A stretch of 54,989 bases of DNA from IMG/VR virus record IMGVR_UViG_3300012351_000011, positions 1 to 54,989 of that record; one strand, 5' to 3'. The position numbers were made by a program, and so were the translations under genes. This document shows positions 27,643 through 37,208 of the stretch, in pieces. This DNA comes from a virus. Taxonomy: Duplodnaviria > Caudoviricetes. The notes under the pieces are model-generated. The model was not told where the DNA came from and did no database searches. It saw only the letters and a program-made list of their open reading frames with translations. Position 1 is the first letter of the stretch, and the number at the start of each line of letters is the position of its first letter.

Positions 27643-28695
27643 GTGGCAAAACGAAAAGTACAAGAACGCTTGTTTGTTGCTATCCCTGTCCAGGAAGCGG
27701 TCGCCAGTTTTCTGGCATCAACGCATGTCAAACGCTTGATGCCAAACACCCAAACTGAGTACACGTCAGAACTGGGTACTTTTGCGAACTGGTGCGCAGG
27801 TCAACATGTCACGCTCGACCAGGTGAACGCGAAACAGGTTGACTTGTTTCTTGAACACATCAGATCGACGCACAAACCGCACCAGGTACACAGGAAAGAA
27901 GTCTCCAGCTATACCCTTGCAGGGATGACTCGGGTGATAAAAACGTTTCTCAATTGGTGCTTAGACGACGAAGAGTACAGCAAGCATGTCAAAGCCGATG
28001 TCGTCAGGCGTATCAAAAAGCCTCGGGTGATCAAGACCATTATCGAAACATTCACACCTGTGCAAATAGAAGCGTTATTTGCAGCCTGCGCCAAAGAGGA
28101 AAGCGATCACTTGCGTCTGCGAGATCGGGCCATTATCGCGCTTCTGTTGGACACTGGCATACGTGCGAATGAGCTATGCACTTTGACCATTGCCAATGTT
28201 GACCTATCGCCTGGAGACGCGCACATCAAGATATTAGGTAAAGGAAACAAGTGGGGTGAAGTTGGCATGGGCTCAGAATGTCGCAAGCTGATGAGCCAAT
28301 ACTTGCGCAAGTTTCGAGAGCCAACATTGGAAGATGAAATCAGAAGGGGGACACAAGGCAAGAAGCTGTCAGATCAGCAAGAGCGAAGACTGAAGAGAAA
28401 CTTGCAAGAGACAACGCCATTTTTTATGAACAGAAACGGCCAGTCGCTGACAACAAACGGCCTGGGCAGAATTGTTGCTCGTCTGGGTGAATGGGCCAAT
28501 ATCGAAGGTGTGCGATGTAGTCCTCACACCCTGCGTCATACATTCGCTGCCATGTTCATGCGTAATGGAGGGGATATTTACACGCTGTCAAAGCTCCTGC
28601 GTCATAGTTCGGTGAAGGTCACCGAGGACTATCTGAAGTCCATCCAGCAATGGGAAGCGCGCAAGAGCAGTAAATCTGTACTGGATAATTTGTAG
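27643..28695 (+). CDS. int: Tyrosine integrase (Xer-like, no obvious arm-binding domain)
   Basis: DTGIRANEL (R), GKGNK (K), HTLRH, LLRHS, EDY (Y); GTG start after AAGGGGG. Confidence 0.95.
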   Translation: MAKRKVQERLFVAIPVQEAVASFLASTHVKRLMPNTQTEYTSELGTFANWCAGQHVTLDQVNAKQVDLFLEHIRSTHKPHQVHRKEVSSYTLAGMTRVIKTFLNWCLDDEEYSKHVKADVVRRIKKPRVIKTIIETFTPVQIEALFAACAKEESDHLRLRDRAIIALLLDTGIRANELCTLTIANVDLSPGDAHIKILGKGNKWGEVGMGSECRKLMSQYLRKFREPTLEDEIRRGTQGKKLSDQQERRLKRNLQETTPFFMNRNGQSLTTNGLGRIVARLGEWANIEGVRCSPHTLRHTFAAMFMRNGGDIYTLSKLLRHSSVKVTEDYLKSIQQWEARKSSKSVLDNL

Positions 28696-28868
28696 TGTGG
28701 AACACTTCCCGCCTGTGTGCGACCACAAGCAGGAAGCTAGCACATTCCCATGGCACTGTAAGAGACGATGGGAACGGCTATAGCTATTGTAGCACAACAA
28801 TGTAGCTCTTCCCTATCGCCTCGACTCGTAAGTGTTTTTATCAAGAGAGTTGAGGAAAGGAAATTTTC

Positions 28869-29984
28869 ATGGCTGGCTTAAAGATGCCAAAGAAACTGAG
28901 CAAGGGAAGCATTATCTTGTTTGTCTTAGCAGCGGCAATAACAGGGTTCACTTCCCTGAAAACCATTGATCTGCTCAAATTCACAATGTCAGGTGATGAA
29001 GAAGCTTTTGCCTGGTTTGGTTGGGCGTGTTTTGAAGGTGGTTTAGCTGCCTGGATCTTCTTTAGTGGTTCAGGCGCGCGGCGTGATCAGCGCACCATTG
29101 CCACGTTGATGGTCTGGTTTAATCTCATTGCTGTAGCCGCTGCTTTCATTACTGATACGGTGCTTGTCGTTGGGCGTAAAGGCGACTTAGCGATTGATCA
29201 GGGTGTGCTCACCTGGATTGTTATCATTGCCGTCAGCATTGTAGTGATTGCGAACCTCGTAGCTGTTGTTGGCACGCATCAGCTAGACCCCGATACTCGC
29301 AAGCGTATCAAGGATGAAGAGTACCAGGAAGCGCTGGATGAAGCACAAGAGGCGGCAGAGCACGCTATTGAGATTGAACGGCTCAAGCAGATCACGAAAA
29401 ATGCTGCGGCTATTGCGCCTCACATTGGTTACCAGCAAGGTATGGACTGGACACAACAGATGTACAACCGCTTTGCGTTGCCAGGTATGGCGCAGTCCCC
29501 TTCCCTACCATCACCGCAAGTAGTGCAGTCACAACAACAACCCGCGCAAGGGCCTGCGCCATATAAAATGTCACCTGAGCTTCTAGCTCAGGTGCGGGTG
29601 ACATCACCAGGCACGTTTATGCAGCAGGAAAAGCCGTCATTCTTTGGCAAGATTGGCAACATGTTTACAGGCAAACAGGAATCACAACCTGATAACGTTA
29701 TGTCAAGTGATAAGTCTAGCACATCTGTTCAACCTGTTGCACAAGAGCCATTTTTTACTGAACAATATACTATGGAGGACTTGAGAAGGCAGCTACGGGA
29801 AAATCCGCCAGTTGGTATGCAAGGTTGGCTCAACCTGTATCACGAAAGTGGAGATGATGCTGTGATGACCTTTGCTGATTTCATAAAGCAGATGAAGGAG
29901 TCGACATCCAGCCCTTTACAATCACCCCAAATGACACCGGCCAATCACGAGGGGATCAGCAGTCAGAACGGCCATCAGAAGTAG
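28869..29984 (+). CDS. 4-TM membrane protein with coiled coil and disordered tail
   Basis: Four hydrophobic helices, charged coiled coil, Q/P/S-rich C-terminus; architecture reminiscent of DUF2637/SpdB. Confidence 0.7.
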   Translation: MAGLKMPKKLSKGSIILFVLAAAITGFTSLKTIDLLKFTMSGDEEAFAWFGWACFEGGLAAWIFFSGSGARRDQRTIATLMVWFNLIAVAAAFITDTVLVVGRKGDLAIDQGVLTWIVIIAVSIVVIANLVAVVGTHQLDPDTRKRIKDEEYQEALDEAQEAAEHAIEIERLKQITKNAAAIAPHIGYQQGMDWTQQMYNRFALPGMAQSPSLPSPQVVQSQQQPAQGPAPYKMSPELLAQVRVTSPGTFMQQEKPSFFGKIGNMFTGKQESQPDNVMSSDKSSTSVQPVAQEPFFTEQYTMEDLRRQLRENPPVGMQGWLNLYHESGDDAVMTFADFIKQMKESTSSPLQSPQMTPANHEGISSQNGHQK

Positions 29985-29990
29985 AGGGTG

Positions 29991-30068
29991 AAAATGTTAA
30001 CGTTGGCGGCCAAATGTTAACGGAAAATGTTAATGTTGAGGCGGAAAATGTTAACGTTAACATTTTCC
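29991..30068. repeat. AAATGTTAAC repeat array with 26-bp perfect palindrome
   Basis: Copies near 29991, 30012 and 30024, plus GGAAAATGTTAACGTTAACATTTTCC at 30043-30068. Confidence 0.9.
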
Positions 30069-30439
30069 CAGAGCAGTCAGAACCTCTTGTATTTCCAGTC
30101 ATGGAGTACGAGGGTTCTGGCAAAAAAGAGCTTGGATTTGTAGAAGTTGTCTACATGCTCCAATTGCGATACGACAAATGTAAAACCGATGAAGAGAGAG
30201 CGAATCCACAAAAAGGAGTATGGTTTTATGAGCGAACAGACCAGATGCGACGGCATTTCAAGCGAAGCTATCCAGAATACTTTGCCTCAATCGACGACTT
30301 CACCGCTGCTCGAAAGCGAAGAGAACGAGCAGAAGAGGCAAAACGAGTTAAAGGAGAGCGTATCAAGCGAGGACGAACAGCAGGGAGAATTCCAGCCGTC
30401 CGACCTGGAATTACTGACATTTCAGCCTATCGGAAGTGA
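30014..30439 (+). CDS. Hypothetical protein with basic C-terminus
   Basis: 141-aa ORF; N-terminal ENVNV repeats derive from the DNA array; start uncertain. Confidence 0.5.
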   Translation: MLTENVNVEAENVNVNIFPEQSEPLVFPVMEYEGSGKKELGFVEVVYMLQLRYDKCKTDEERANPQKGVWFYERTDQMRRHFKRSYPEYFASIDDFTAARKRRERAEEAKRVKGERIKRGRTAGRIPAVRPGITDISAYRK

Positions 30440-30653
30440 GGTGTCTGTCAGCGTCTGGGATGCCACGCCTGAGCAGTTTGATACATATGTTCGCAAGTTC
30501 GCTAAAGGCTTCAAGAACGTCAATACGGAGGTGTGGCCTCATGCTGATAGGCTGCACTTCCTCAATCAACTGTATCAATACTGCCAGGATCGATGGTTGG
30601 TTTTTCCATTTGCCGGTTGTCACAAGCTCAAGAATGATGCTGTAAATGAGTAG
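30228..30653 (+). CDS. Hypothetical protein (overlaps the previous ORF)
   Basis: AAGGAG RBS before MSEQTR; acidic N-terminus, globular C-terminus. Confidence 0.55.
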   Translation: MSEQTRCDGISSEAIQNTLPQSTTSPLLESEENEQKRQNELKESVSSEDEQQGEFQPSDLELLTFQPIGSEVSVSVWDATPEQFDTYVRKFAKGFKNVNTEVWPHADRLHFLNQLYQYCQDRWLVFPFAGCHKLKNDAVNE

Positions 30654-30699
30654 TGTTAATATCTGGCGTTAACATTTTACAGGAGGTATTAACATTTTT

Positions 30700-30840
30700 A
30701 TGCAACAATGTGAACGTTGCGGGCGCAAAGGTGAGACCCAGACCGTCGAAACAAAGGACGGCAAACAAATCGGGCGCATGTGTGCCAAGTGCATCAAGAT
30801 CGTTATCCGGCCAAATACAGCTTGGCAGGTAAAGCGATAG
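30700..30840 (+). CDS. 46-aa CxxC..CxxC zinc-finger peptide
   Basis: MQQCERCG...MCAKCIK; AGGAGG upstream; not in the ORF track. Confidence 0.55.
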   Translation: MQQCERCGRKGETQTVETKDGKQIGRMCAKCIKIVIRPNTAWQVKR

Positions 30841-30886
30841 ATAACAAGTTTTATGTCAACTAGTCAAAAAAGGAAGAAACTTAACC

Positions 30887-31309
30887 ATGAAGAAACTCAT
30901 TATCGTTGCAATTCTTACCATCGTTCTGTGTATCGGCATAGCGCATATTGCCTCGCCTCCAGTCAGGGCCGCGCAAGTTACAGCGCAAACGACAAATGTT
31001 GTGCTGTTCAAGTGGATACAGAAGGGGAGCGGTAGTACGCTTCTTACGGACACAAGCGGCTATGCCAGTGGCTGGCACACAGTTTTCTGGTGTACAGGTG
31101 GCTTCAATGACGTGGCTACGATCACTGAATATGACAATATCACGACGCCTCCCACGCCGTTGTATACCGCGCGCTATCATTGCGACGGTGGCAAGCATTA
31201 CCATCTGGAGGCGAATTCGTTGTCATACGAGAGCTGGAGTGTCACTGAGCGTTTGCGCGACACCACGACTTTGAAGGCGATAGGCCAGTGTGTAGTAGGC
31301 TCCTGTTGA
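30887..31309 (+). CDS. Secreted protein
   Basis: MKKLIIVAILTIVL..VRA signal peptide; AAGGA RBS. Confidence 0.7.
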   Translation: MKKLIIVAILTIVLCIGIAHIASPPVRAAQVTAQTTNVVLFKWIQKGSGSTLLTDTSGYASGWHTVFWCTGGFNDVATITEYDNITTPPTPLYTARYHCDGGKHYHLEANSLSYESWSVTERLRDTTTLKAIGQCVVGSC

Positions 31310-31331
31310 CCTGGTAGAAGTCAGATAGAGC

Positions 31332-31372
31332 AAGAGGACCTGGAATTGCTAAGTGTTTCCAGGTCCTCTTTT
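31332..31372. terminator. Terminator between convergent genes
   Basis: 14-bp perfect stem AAGAGGACCTGGAA/TTCCAGGTCCTCTT. Confidence 0.75.
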
Positions 31373-31373
31373 C

Positions 31374-31577
31374 TTACTCTTCCGCGCTTTCAACCAACTC
31401 CGAGACATCAACCCCCAGCGCTTTCGCCAGTCTATCAAGTGTGTTGAGCGTAACATTTGGCGTAGGCTCACGAAATATCTTTTGAATGCCTTTGATATCG
31501 ATCCCTGTCAGTTTAGATAGCTTCCTCTGACTAATCCCTTTAGCTTGTGCAATCTCCTTTACCTTCAGCCGTACCAT
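31374..31577 (-). CDS. Second Cro/CI-type (HTH_26) regulator
   Basis: MVRLKVKEIAQAKGISQRKLS...LDRLAKALGVDVSELV. Confidence 0.88.
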   Translation of the reverse strand: MVRLKVKEIAQAKGISQRKLSKLTGIDIKGIQKIFREPTPNVTLNTLDRLAKALGVDVSELVESAEE

Positions 31578-31711
31578 CTCTCTTTATGCTCATTTCTTTA
31601 TATTTCAGGTGTTGTTATATAACACCCATATGCATGAGCATAGACGGTATGTGCCTCCACGGCATATAAACACATGGGAATTAGTACCAAGGAGGCATAG
31701 ATACCAACAGA

Positions 31712-31740
31712 TTGTCTTTTATGTAAAGTTGCGCTATACT
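31712..31740 (+). promoter_or_regulatory. Candidate promoter of the packaging/late operon
   Basis: TTGTCT-N17-TATACT. Confidence 0.5.
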
Positions 31741-31831
31741 AAGAGTAGCGTTCTGATGGCATGGACATCTCCGGACTAGACAAGCATCTTGCTCCCCCTT
31801 ACCCCTTGCAAGGTGCTTGTTTTTTATATAA

Positions 31832-32161
31832 GTGACGAGTTATACTGTTGTACAGACAACCTTTACTTATGTCAACTTGGGGAAAACTTTGATCAAACCA
31901 GACGCCAAGCTTTCAATTCAGCGTATCTCGCTCAAACATATTCAATGTACTGAGTACCAGGAGCGATATCCTGAGAAGCTTCTGCTCTATGTTAAGCTTT
32001 TGAAAGAGCATCCAGGGGAATACGCTGGTTTGTTATTTGTCAAGCCATCGGGTACACATGCTGGGATGTTTGAACTCTTAGATGGACATCATAAATTTTG
32101 TGCAAGTATCTTAACAGGTCGTCCTGATGTCCTGTGTGTAGTGATTGAGGAGCCATTATGA
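31832..32161 (+). CDS. ParB/Srx N-terminal-like domain protein
   Basis: FELLDGHHKFCA..G motif; upstream of the terminase. Confidence 0.65.
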   Translation: MTSYTVVQTTFTYVNLGKTLIKPDAKLSIQRISLKHIQCTEYQERYPEKLLLYVKLLKEHPGEYAGLLFVKPSGTHAGMFELLDGHHKFCASILTGRPDVLCVVIEEPL

Positions 32162-32757
32162 GCGATACACTACAAGGGCATCCATGGGATCGGCAAAAAG
32201 ATGAGAATGGCAAACTTGAGCCTATGTTGTGGTGGAGGCGTTTTGAGATATATCGTTTGCTTGCTCCTGTGCGCACAATGACGCTGGCCTATCGTACAGA
32301 AGTGCCTGATACAGATCGTAAATTTGCTCCTACTCGTTGGTATATGAACGCAAAACAGTGGAAGTGGGATGAACGCGCGTCGGCGTGGGATAAGTTTCAG
32401 GCAGAAGAGCTTGAAAAACAGATAGCGGCAGAACAAAAGAGGATATTCAATCGGCAATATGCGCTTATTCATAAACGTGTCAAAGCACTGAACAAGCTTG
32501 CCAAGAAGCTTGAAGCGTATATGGAGGATGAAAATAATATCTGGCTACCCGATGTGAAAAGCATCGGCACAGGTCCTTCAGCAGAGCGTGTTGACCTTAT
32601 CAAATTTAACGATGCATTGATAAGCGAATACCGTGCGACGTTTGCCGATTTAGCCGCTGAACTGGGACATCGCATTAAGAAGACAAAAATGGATGTGTCA
32701 GTCACTCCCAAAGAGTACGTTGGCATCTCGGAAGATGAAGAAGGGAGTGAGCCTTGA
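32158..32757 (+). CDS. terS: Terminase small subunit
   Basis: PWDRQ..E, W.W.ERA.AWD pattern; directly before TerL. Confidence 0.7.
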   Translation: MSDTLQGHPWDRQKDENGKLEPMLWWRRFEIYRLLAPVRTMTLAYRTEVPDTDRKFAPTRWYMNAKQWKWDERASAWDKFQAEELEKQIAAEQKRIFNRQYALIHKRVKALNKLAKKLEAYMEDENNIWLPDVKSIGTGPSAERVDLIKFNDALISEYRATFADLAAELGHRIKKTKMDVSVTPKEYVGISEDEEGSEP

Positions 32758-34109
32758 TGGTAGCAGTTCCCTCTTATTCATCTCGACCAAATCTCAAAGT
32801 GTTATCACGTCCGAAAGAACGGCGCGCATATCAGCCATTTGGCGCAGCTCGTCAAGCCTGGCGTTCTGCTCGTCGAGAATGTTTGCTTGTGGGTCCGGCA
32901 AATACTGGCAAATCCAGAGCACTGCTTGAAAAGCTCCATTATTGTGCTGATAAGTATCCTGGCATACGTGGTTTGATGGTACGTAAGACACGTAAGAGCC
33001 TGACACAATCGGCCATGGTTACCTATGAGCAAAAGGTTCTCCCCGAGGGATGGCTTGATAGCCTTATTCATTTCAACACCACTGATCAGCAGTATGAATA
33101 TCCGAACGGCAGTATCATTGCCGTTGCCGGGATGGATGACCCTGACAAGATTCAGTCTTCTGAGTGGGACATGATCTATGTGCAGGAAGCAACAGAACTG
33201 AATGAAGAAGACTGGGAGATCATGACAAAATGTTTGCGTAACAAAGTCATGCGTTACCAGCAACTCATTGCTGACTGCAACCCTTCGTATCCTACGCATT
33301 GGCTCAAGAAACGCTGTGACCGTGGCGCAACGCTCATGCTTTACTCCCGGCATGAAGACAACCCAACATTCACGCCTGAAGATCAGGCAACCCTCGACGC
33401 ACTAACAGGCGTGCGTAAAAAGCGATTGAGAGATGGGATATGGGCCGCTGCTGAAGGCATAGTGTATGAAGAGTGGGACCCAGCTATCCACCTGGTTGAT
33501 CGTTCTGATATTCCCTTCAGATGGCCGCGCTACTGGGTCCTGGATTTTGGCTTCCGTCATCCATTTTGCTTACAGTGGTGGGCAGAACAGCCTGACGGTG
33601 AATTGGTACGCTATCGAGAAATTTACATGACACAGCGACTGGTAGAAGAGCACGCGAAACTTGCGATGAAATTGAGTGCAGGTGAACCTCGGCCAGTGGC
33701 AATTATTTGCGATTCAGCAGATGCCGAAGGGCGTGCGACCTTTCAAAAGCATACCGGCTATGACACTGTTCCTGCACAGAAAGCCATTAGCATGGGTATT
33801 CAGGATGTGCAGTCTCGATTACGTGTACAACGCAATAAAAAGCCAGGTGTGCGCTTTATGCGCGATAGCCTGGTTGAACGCGATCCATGGCTTGAAAGCA
33901 AAAAAATGCCAATGTGTACAGAAGAAGAATTTGAAAGTTATGTGTGGAATGAGGACAACGGGCGTAAAAAGGGTGAAGAGCCGGTAGACAAGGACAATCA
34001 CGGCATGGACTGTTTGAGGTATCTTTGCCGCTACAAAGAGGGCGGCCAGGACATTGACGAACTTGACGAAGAAACCGCAAGTGCGATTAGTGGATACATG
34101 GGATATTAG
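32754..34109 (+). CDS. terL: Terminase large subunit
   Basis: GPANTGKS Walker A, YVQEATE Walker B, DCNP, LDFGF, NHGMDCLRY nuclease. Confidence 0.95.
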   Translation: MMVAVPSYSSRPNLKVLSRPKERRAYQPFGAARQAWRSARRECLLVGPANTGKSRALLEKLHYCADKYPGIRGLMVRKTRKSLTQSAMVTYEQKVLPEGWLDSLIHFNTTDQQYEYPNGSIIAVAGMDDPDKIQSSEWDMIYVQEATELNEEDWEIMTKCLRNKVMRYQQLIADCNPSYPTHWLKKRCDRGATLMLYSRHEDNPTFTPEDQATLDALTGVRKKRLRDGIWAAAEGIVYEEWDPAIHLVDRSDIPFRWPRYWVLDFGFRHPFCLQWWAEQPDGELVRYREIYMTQRLVEEHAKLAMKLSAGEPRPVAIICDSADAEGRATFQKHTGYDTVPAQKAISMGIQDVQSRLRVQRNKKPGVRFMRDSLVERDPWLESKKMPMCTEEEFESYVWNEDNGRKKGEEPVDKDNHGMDCLRYLCRYKEGGQDIDELDEETASAISGYMGY

Positions 34110-34119
34110 GAGAATTTAT

Positions 34120-34584
34120 ATGTCAGTTAGTAAAAATACAGTAAATATTTTACAGCATAAACGGCTTGTAGCTTCATATATGGAGCGTGTTGTCAGCGAT
34201 CTTACCAAACGTGCTATAGAGCACGATGATACGAAGTTTGGGCCTGAAGAGTTTGACGCCTACGAGGAAGCGCTTCCAAAGTTTGAAGTAGTCGAATATG
34301 GCTCGGAGGAATACAAGCAAGTTTGCCGTGATATCAAACCGGCTATTCAGCATCATGTCACATCCAGCCGACACCACCCGGAATACTTTGGTGATGCTGG
34401 AATCAATGGCATGAACCTTATTGACCTGCTTGAAATGACGTGTGACTGGGTTGCAGCATCTCAAAGAGGCGGGGGGAATAAAGATGATCTGATCAAAGGG
34501 CTCGAGATCAACAAAAAGCGATTTGGTATCAGTGACCAGCTTTTCGAGATCATCAAGAACACTGTTGCTGACTTGAAGCAGTAA
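34120..34584 (+). CDS. DUF5662-like HD-fold protein
   Basis: HK..V, HDDTK, HH..SRHHPEYF, MNLIDLLEMTCDW. Confidence 0.75.
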   Translation: MSVSKNTVNILQHKRLVASYMERVVSDLTKRAIEHDDTKFGPEEFDAYEEALPKFEVVEYGSEEYKQVCRDIKPAIQHHVTSSRHHPEYFGDAGINGMNLIDLLEMTCDWVAASQRGGGNKDDLIKGLEINKKRFGISDQLFEIIKNTVADLKQ

Positions 34585-34619
34585 CCCCTTGCAAGGGGAA
34601 ATTGATAGGATATTAGAAC

Positions 34620-36239
34620 ATGGGATTACTTGGAGGACTTATGCAATGGGGTAGCGCCGGGGTAACCGGTTTTCAAGCAGGTCTAGCGGCAGCTCGGAGA
34701 GTATTTGAAGACCCACAGACCGCCTATCAGCAGCAATACTTCCGCACGCGTGTTGCTGAATACTCGCTCTTGTGGGCCTACTACAACAATTCCATGTTCG
34801 ATAAGTCCATTGGCTACTTGAACAACTGGACAACCTACCGCACATTTGCGCTGTACAAATCGAACTACAATCTCTACAGAAATATCCGCCTGATATACAA
34901 CCCTACACGCCGACTTGTGGACTTTTACGCAGGTGCCATTTACCCAGGTGTTCTCAGTGAAGATGGTTCAGATTTGCCTGATAGCGTACCTCTTGCTGTT
35001 CCCTTTGCAGAGGACACGGACGACGCGCTGAAGGATGCCATAGCGCAATTCTGGGCATGGTCAAACTGGCAAAGCAAAAAAGCCGTTCAGGTCAGATATG
35101 GCGCAGCTCTTGGCAGTGTTCTCATCGAGATTTGCGACGATTTGGATAGAGGCAAAGTGACCGCTGAAATCATCTGGCCTGGTTTTGTCACAAACTTGCG
35201 TTTGGACTCAGCAGGCAACGTCAAATCTTACTGGATAGAGTACCTGGCACGTGATCAGAATGGTTCATACACCTATCGCAAAGAAGTGGACCTTGACTCG
35301 TTCCGATACTTCAAGGACAATCAGCCATTTGACTACTCAGAGACCGGTGCAGGTGCTGTTGTAGAGAACCCATATGGCTTTATCCCAGCGGTGTGGATAC
35401 AACACATCAATGTCGGTGGAGATCATGGCAGCGCGGCTATATCAGGCTCAATGGGCAAGATCGACGAACTGAACAACCTTGTATCGCATGTCCATGACCA
35501 AATACACAAGAAAATCGGCGCTCCCTTGGTGATGTGGTCCGATGGAAGTGTTCAGAGTCTGTTTAACAACAAAAAGCGTGGTTCAACAGAGGATTTCGAC
35601 GTGCCTACAACTGATCAGGAAAATGTGCTTGTGCTCAAAGGGCCTGCAGGTGGAGGAATTGACCATTTAGCCGGGGATCTGAACCTTGCCGATAGCGCCG
35701 TCTACATGGATAAGCTCTTGGGAGAGATAGAACAAGATCATCCTGAACTTGTGTTTTACAAAGAATTGCGAGGCATGTCACAAGTCACAGGACCAGCTGC
35801 AAGTCGCTTAGTTGGAGATGTTGCATCGCGTGTGGCTGAAGTCATGGCGAATTATGACCAGGCAAACATTTCCCTCTTCAGAATGGCTGTAGCGATCGCT
35901 GGTTTTCGTGCCAATAGTGGCGCCTGGGGACCGTTAAACAGGCAACAGCAAAAGTTTACACCGTTTGACTTGTACTCTTATGAGCGCGGCGACCTCGACA
36001 TAGCAATTATGCCGCGTCCATTGCTGACACCAACCAAATCGGAAGTAGCACAGGAAAAGACAGCCATGTGGACAGGTGTAAAGATGGCAGTGGACGCAGG
36101 CGCGACGCTCGAATTCGTCCTGCGTGACGAAGGGTATACCGATGAAGAACTGACCGAGCTGGGGAATGCAAAAATGCAGCAAATTCAGCGTGATCAGATG
36201 TTAAGCCAAGAGGATACTATACCTCAAATGATGCAATGA
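34620..36239 (+). CDS. Portal protein
   Basis: 539 aa, follows the terminase, SPP1-like helical pattern. Confidence 0.8.
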   Translation: MGLLGGLMQWGSAGVTGFQAGLAAARRVFEDPQTAYQQQYFRTRVAEYSLLWAYYNNSMFDKSIGYLNNWTTYRTFALYKSNYNLYRNIRLIYNPTRRLVDFYAGAIYPGVLSEDGSDLPDSVPLAVPFAEDTDDALKDAIAQFWAWSNWQSKKAVQVRYGAALGSVLIEICDDLDRGKVTAEIIWPGFVTNLRLDSAGNVKSYWIEYLARDQNGSYTYRKEVDLDSFRYFKDNQPFDYSETGAGAVVENPYGFIPAVWIQHINVGGDHGSAAISGSMGKIDELNNLVSHVHDQIHKKIGAPLVMWSDGSVQSLFNNKKRGSTEDFDVPTTDQENVLVLKGPAGGGIDHLAGDLNLADSAVYMDKLLGEIEQDHPELVFYKELRGMSQVTGPAASRLVGDVASRVAEVMANYDQANISLFRMAVAIAGFRANSGAWGPLNRQQQKFTPFDLYSYERGDLDIAIMPRPLLTPTKSEVAQEKTAMWTGVKMAVDAGATLEFVLRDEGYTDEELTELGNAKMQQIQRDQMLSQEDTIPQMMQ

Positions 36240-36251
36240 TAGGAGAAAACA

Positions 36252-36575
36252 GTGGAAGGTAGTACCGATAAACTCATGAAGGAACTTCAATCGGTAAAAA
36301 GGGAACGTTTGTTACATGGTGAGTGGCTGCCAGAGAAGGATGAAATAAGTTCTCTCAAAAGGCCAGAGACTCAACCGATTGCAGTGTCTCGTGACTGGGA
36401 AAAGCTGAGCAAAGAACAGCAGCAAGATGTACAAAACTTACGTGATCGTATGGGTCAACATCTTATTGCAGAAGCTGAGTCATTTTACAAACAGCATCCT
36501 GAACTTCAGTTGACCTGGAGCTTCACGCTGGATGCGCTTATTCGTGGCAATCATGATTCCCTTGCAAGGGAGTAG
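36252..36575 (+). CDS. Hypothetical protein
   Basis: AGGAG RBS. Confidence 0.6.
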   Translation: MEGSTDKLMKELQSVKRERLLHGEWLPEKDEISSLKRPETQPIAVSRDWEKLSKEQQQDVQNLRDRMGQHLIAEAESFYKQHPELQLTWSFTLDALIRGNHDSLARE

Positions 36576-36592
36576 AAAGCGAGAAAACAATT

Positions 36593-36850
36593 ATGGCATT
36601 TGGACTTGAACATGAGCCGGTAGCAGGTGAGCCGGATTTAATGGTACAAACAAAAACCTTGCGTGTGAGCATTGACAGTGACATCAAAGAAGCGCAACGC
36701 CTTGCTGCGCGTATCGCACGTGGCACAGGCGGGCGCAATGTGGCTCTGTGTATCACTCACCTGGAAGATGCAAAGATGCGTCTAGGCATGGCGCTAGGTG
36801 ACTTTGGGCACAAATTGCCTGAAGAATATCGAGACGAGGCAGCACAGTAG
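36593..36850 (+). CDS. Hypothetical protein (helical hairpin)
   Basis: GRNVALCITHLEDAKMRLGMAL; see finding on Acb2-like resemblance. Confidence 0.65.
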   Translation: MAFGLEHEPVAGEPDLMVQTKTLRVSIDSDIKEAQRLAARIARGTGGRNVALCITHLEDAKMRLGMALGDFGHKLPEEYRDEAAQ

Positions 36851-36871
36851 ATAAGAAAGCGAGAAAATACC

Positions 36872-37036
36872 ATGGGTGGAAAGCCAAGCCAGGGTACACC
36901 GGCAGATAAAAGGCTTGCGCAAAACAAGCCTTCCACTACCAACAAACCAGCGGCCACGCCGGGAGTGCATCAGGAGAAGTTCAACCAGGAACGGGAGCGA
37001 CAGGTAAAAGGTGGCGTCACAACCAAACAAAGTTAA
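36872..37036 (+). CDS. 54-aa basic peptide
   Basis: MGGKPSQGTPADKRL...; shares the upstream AGAAAGCGAGAAAA leader with 36593. Confidence 0.5.
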   Translation: MGGKPSQGTPADKRLAQNKPSTTNKPAATPGVHQEKFNQERERQVKGGVTTKQS

Positions 37037-37208
37037 GAAACAACCGAAAAAGCCGCTCGGATCTCCAATTTCTTGGAGCGATGAGGACCTGGACACCCTT
37101 GCAAGGGTAGCACCGTCTGACCTGAAAGCGGCGGCGGCGCTTTGGAAAAATGAAGCACCCAAACCCCTTGCAAGGCTCTTAGAAGCTCAGGTAGAGGAGA
37201 CGAAATGA
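37011..37208 (+). CDS. Hypothetical protein
   Basis: Coupled to the next gene by an ATGA overlap. Confidence 0.55.
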   Translation: MASQPNKVKKQPKKPLGSPISWSDEDLDTLARVAPSDLKAAAALWKNEAPKPLARLLEAQVEETK

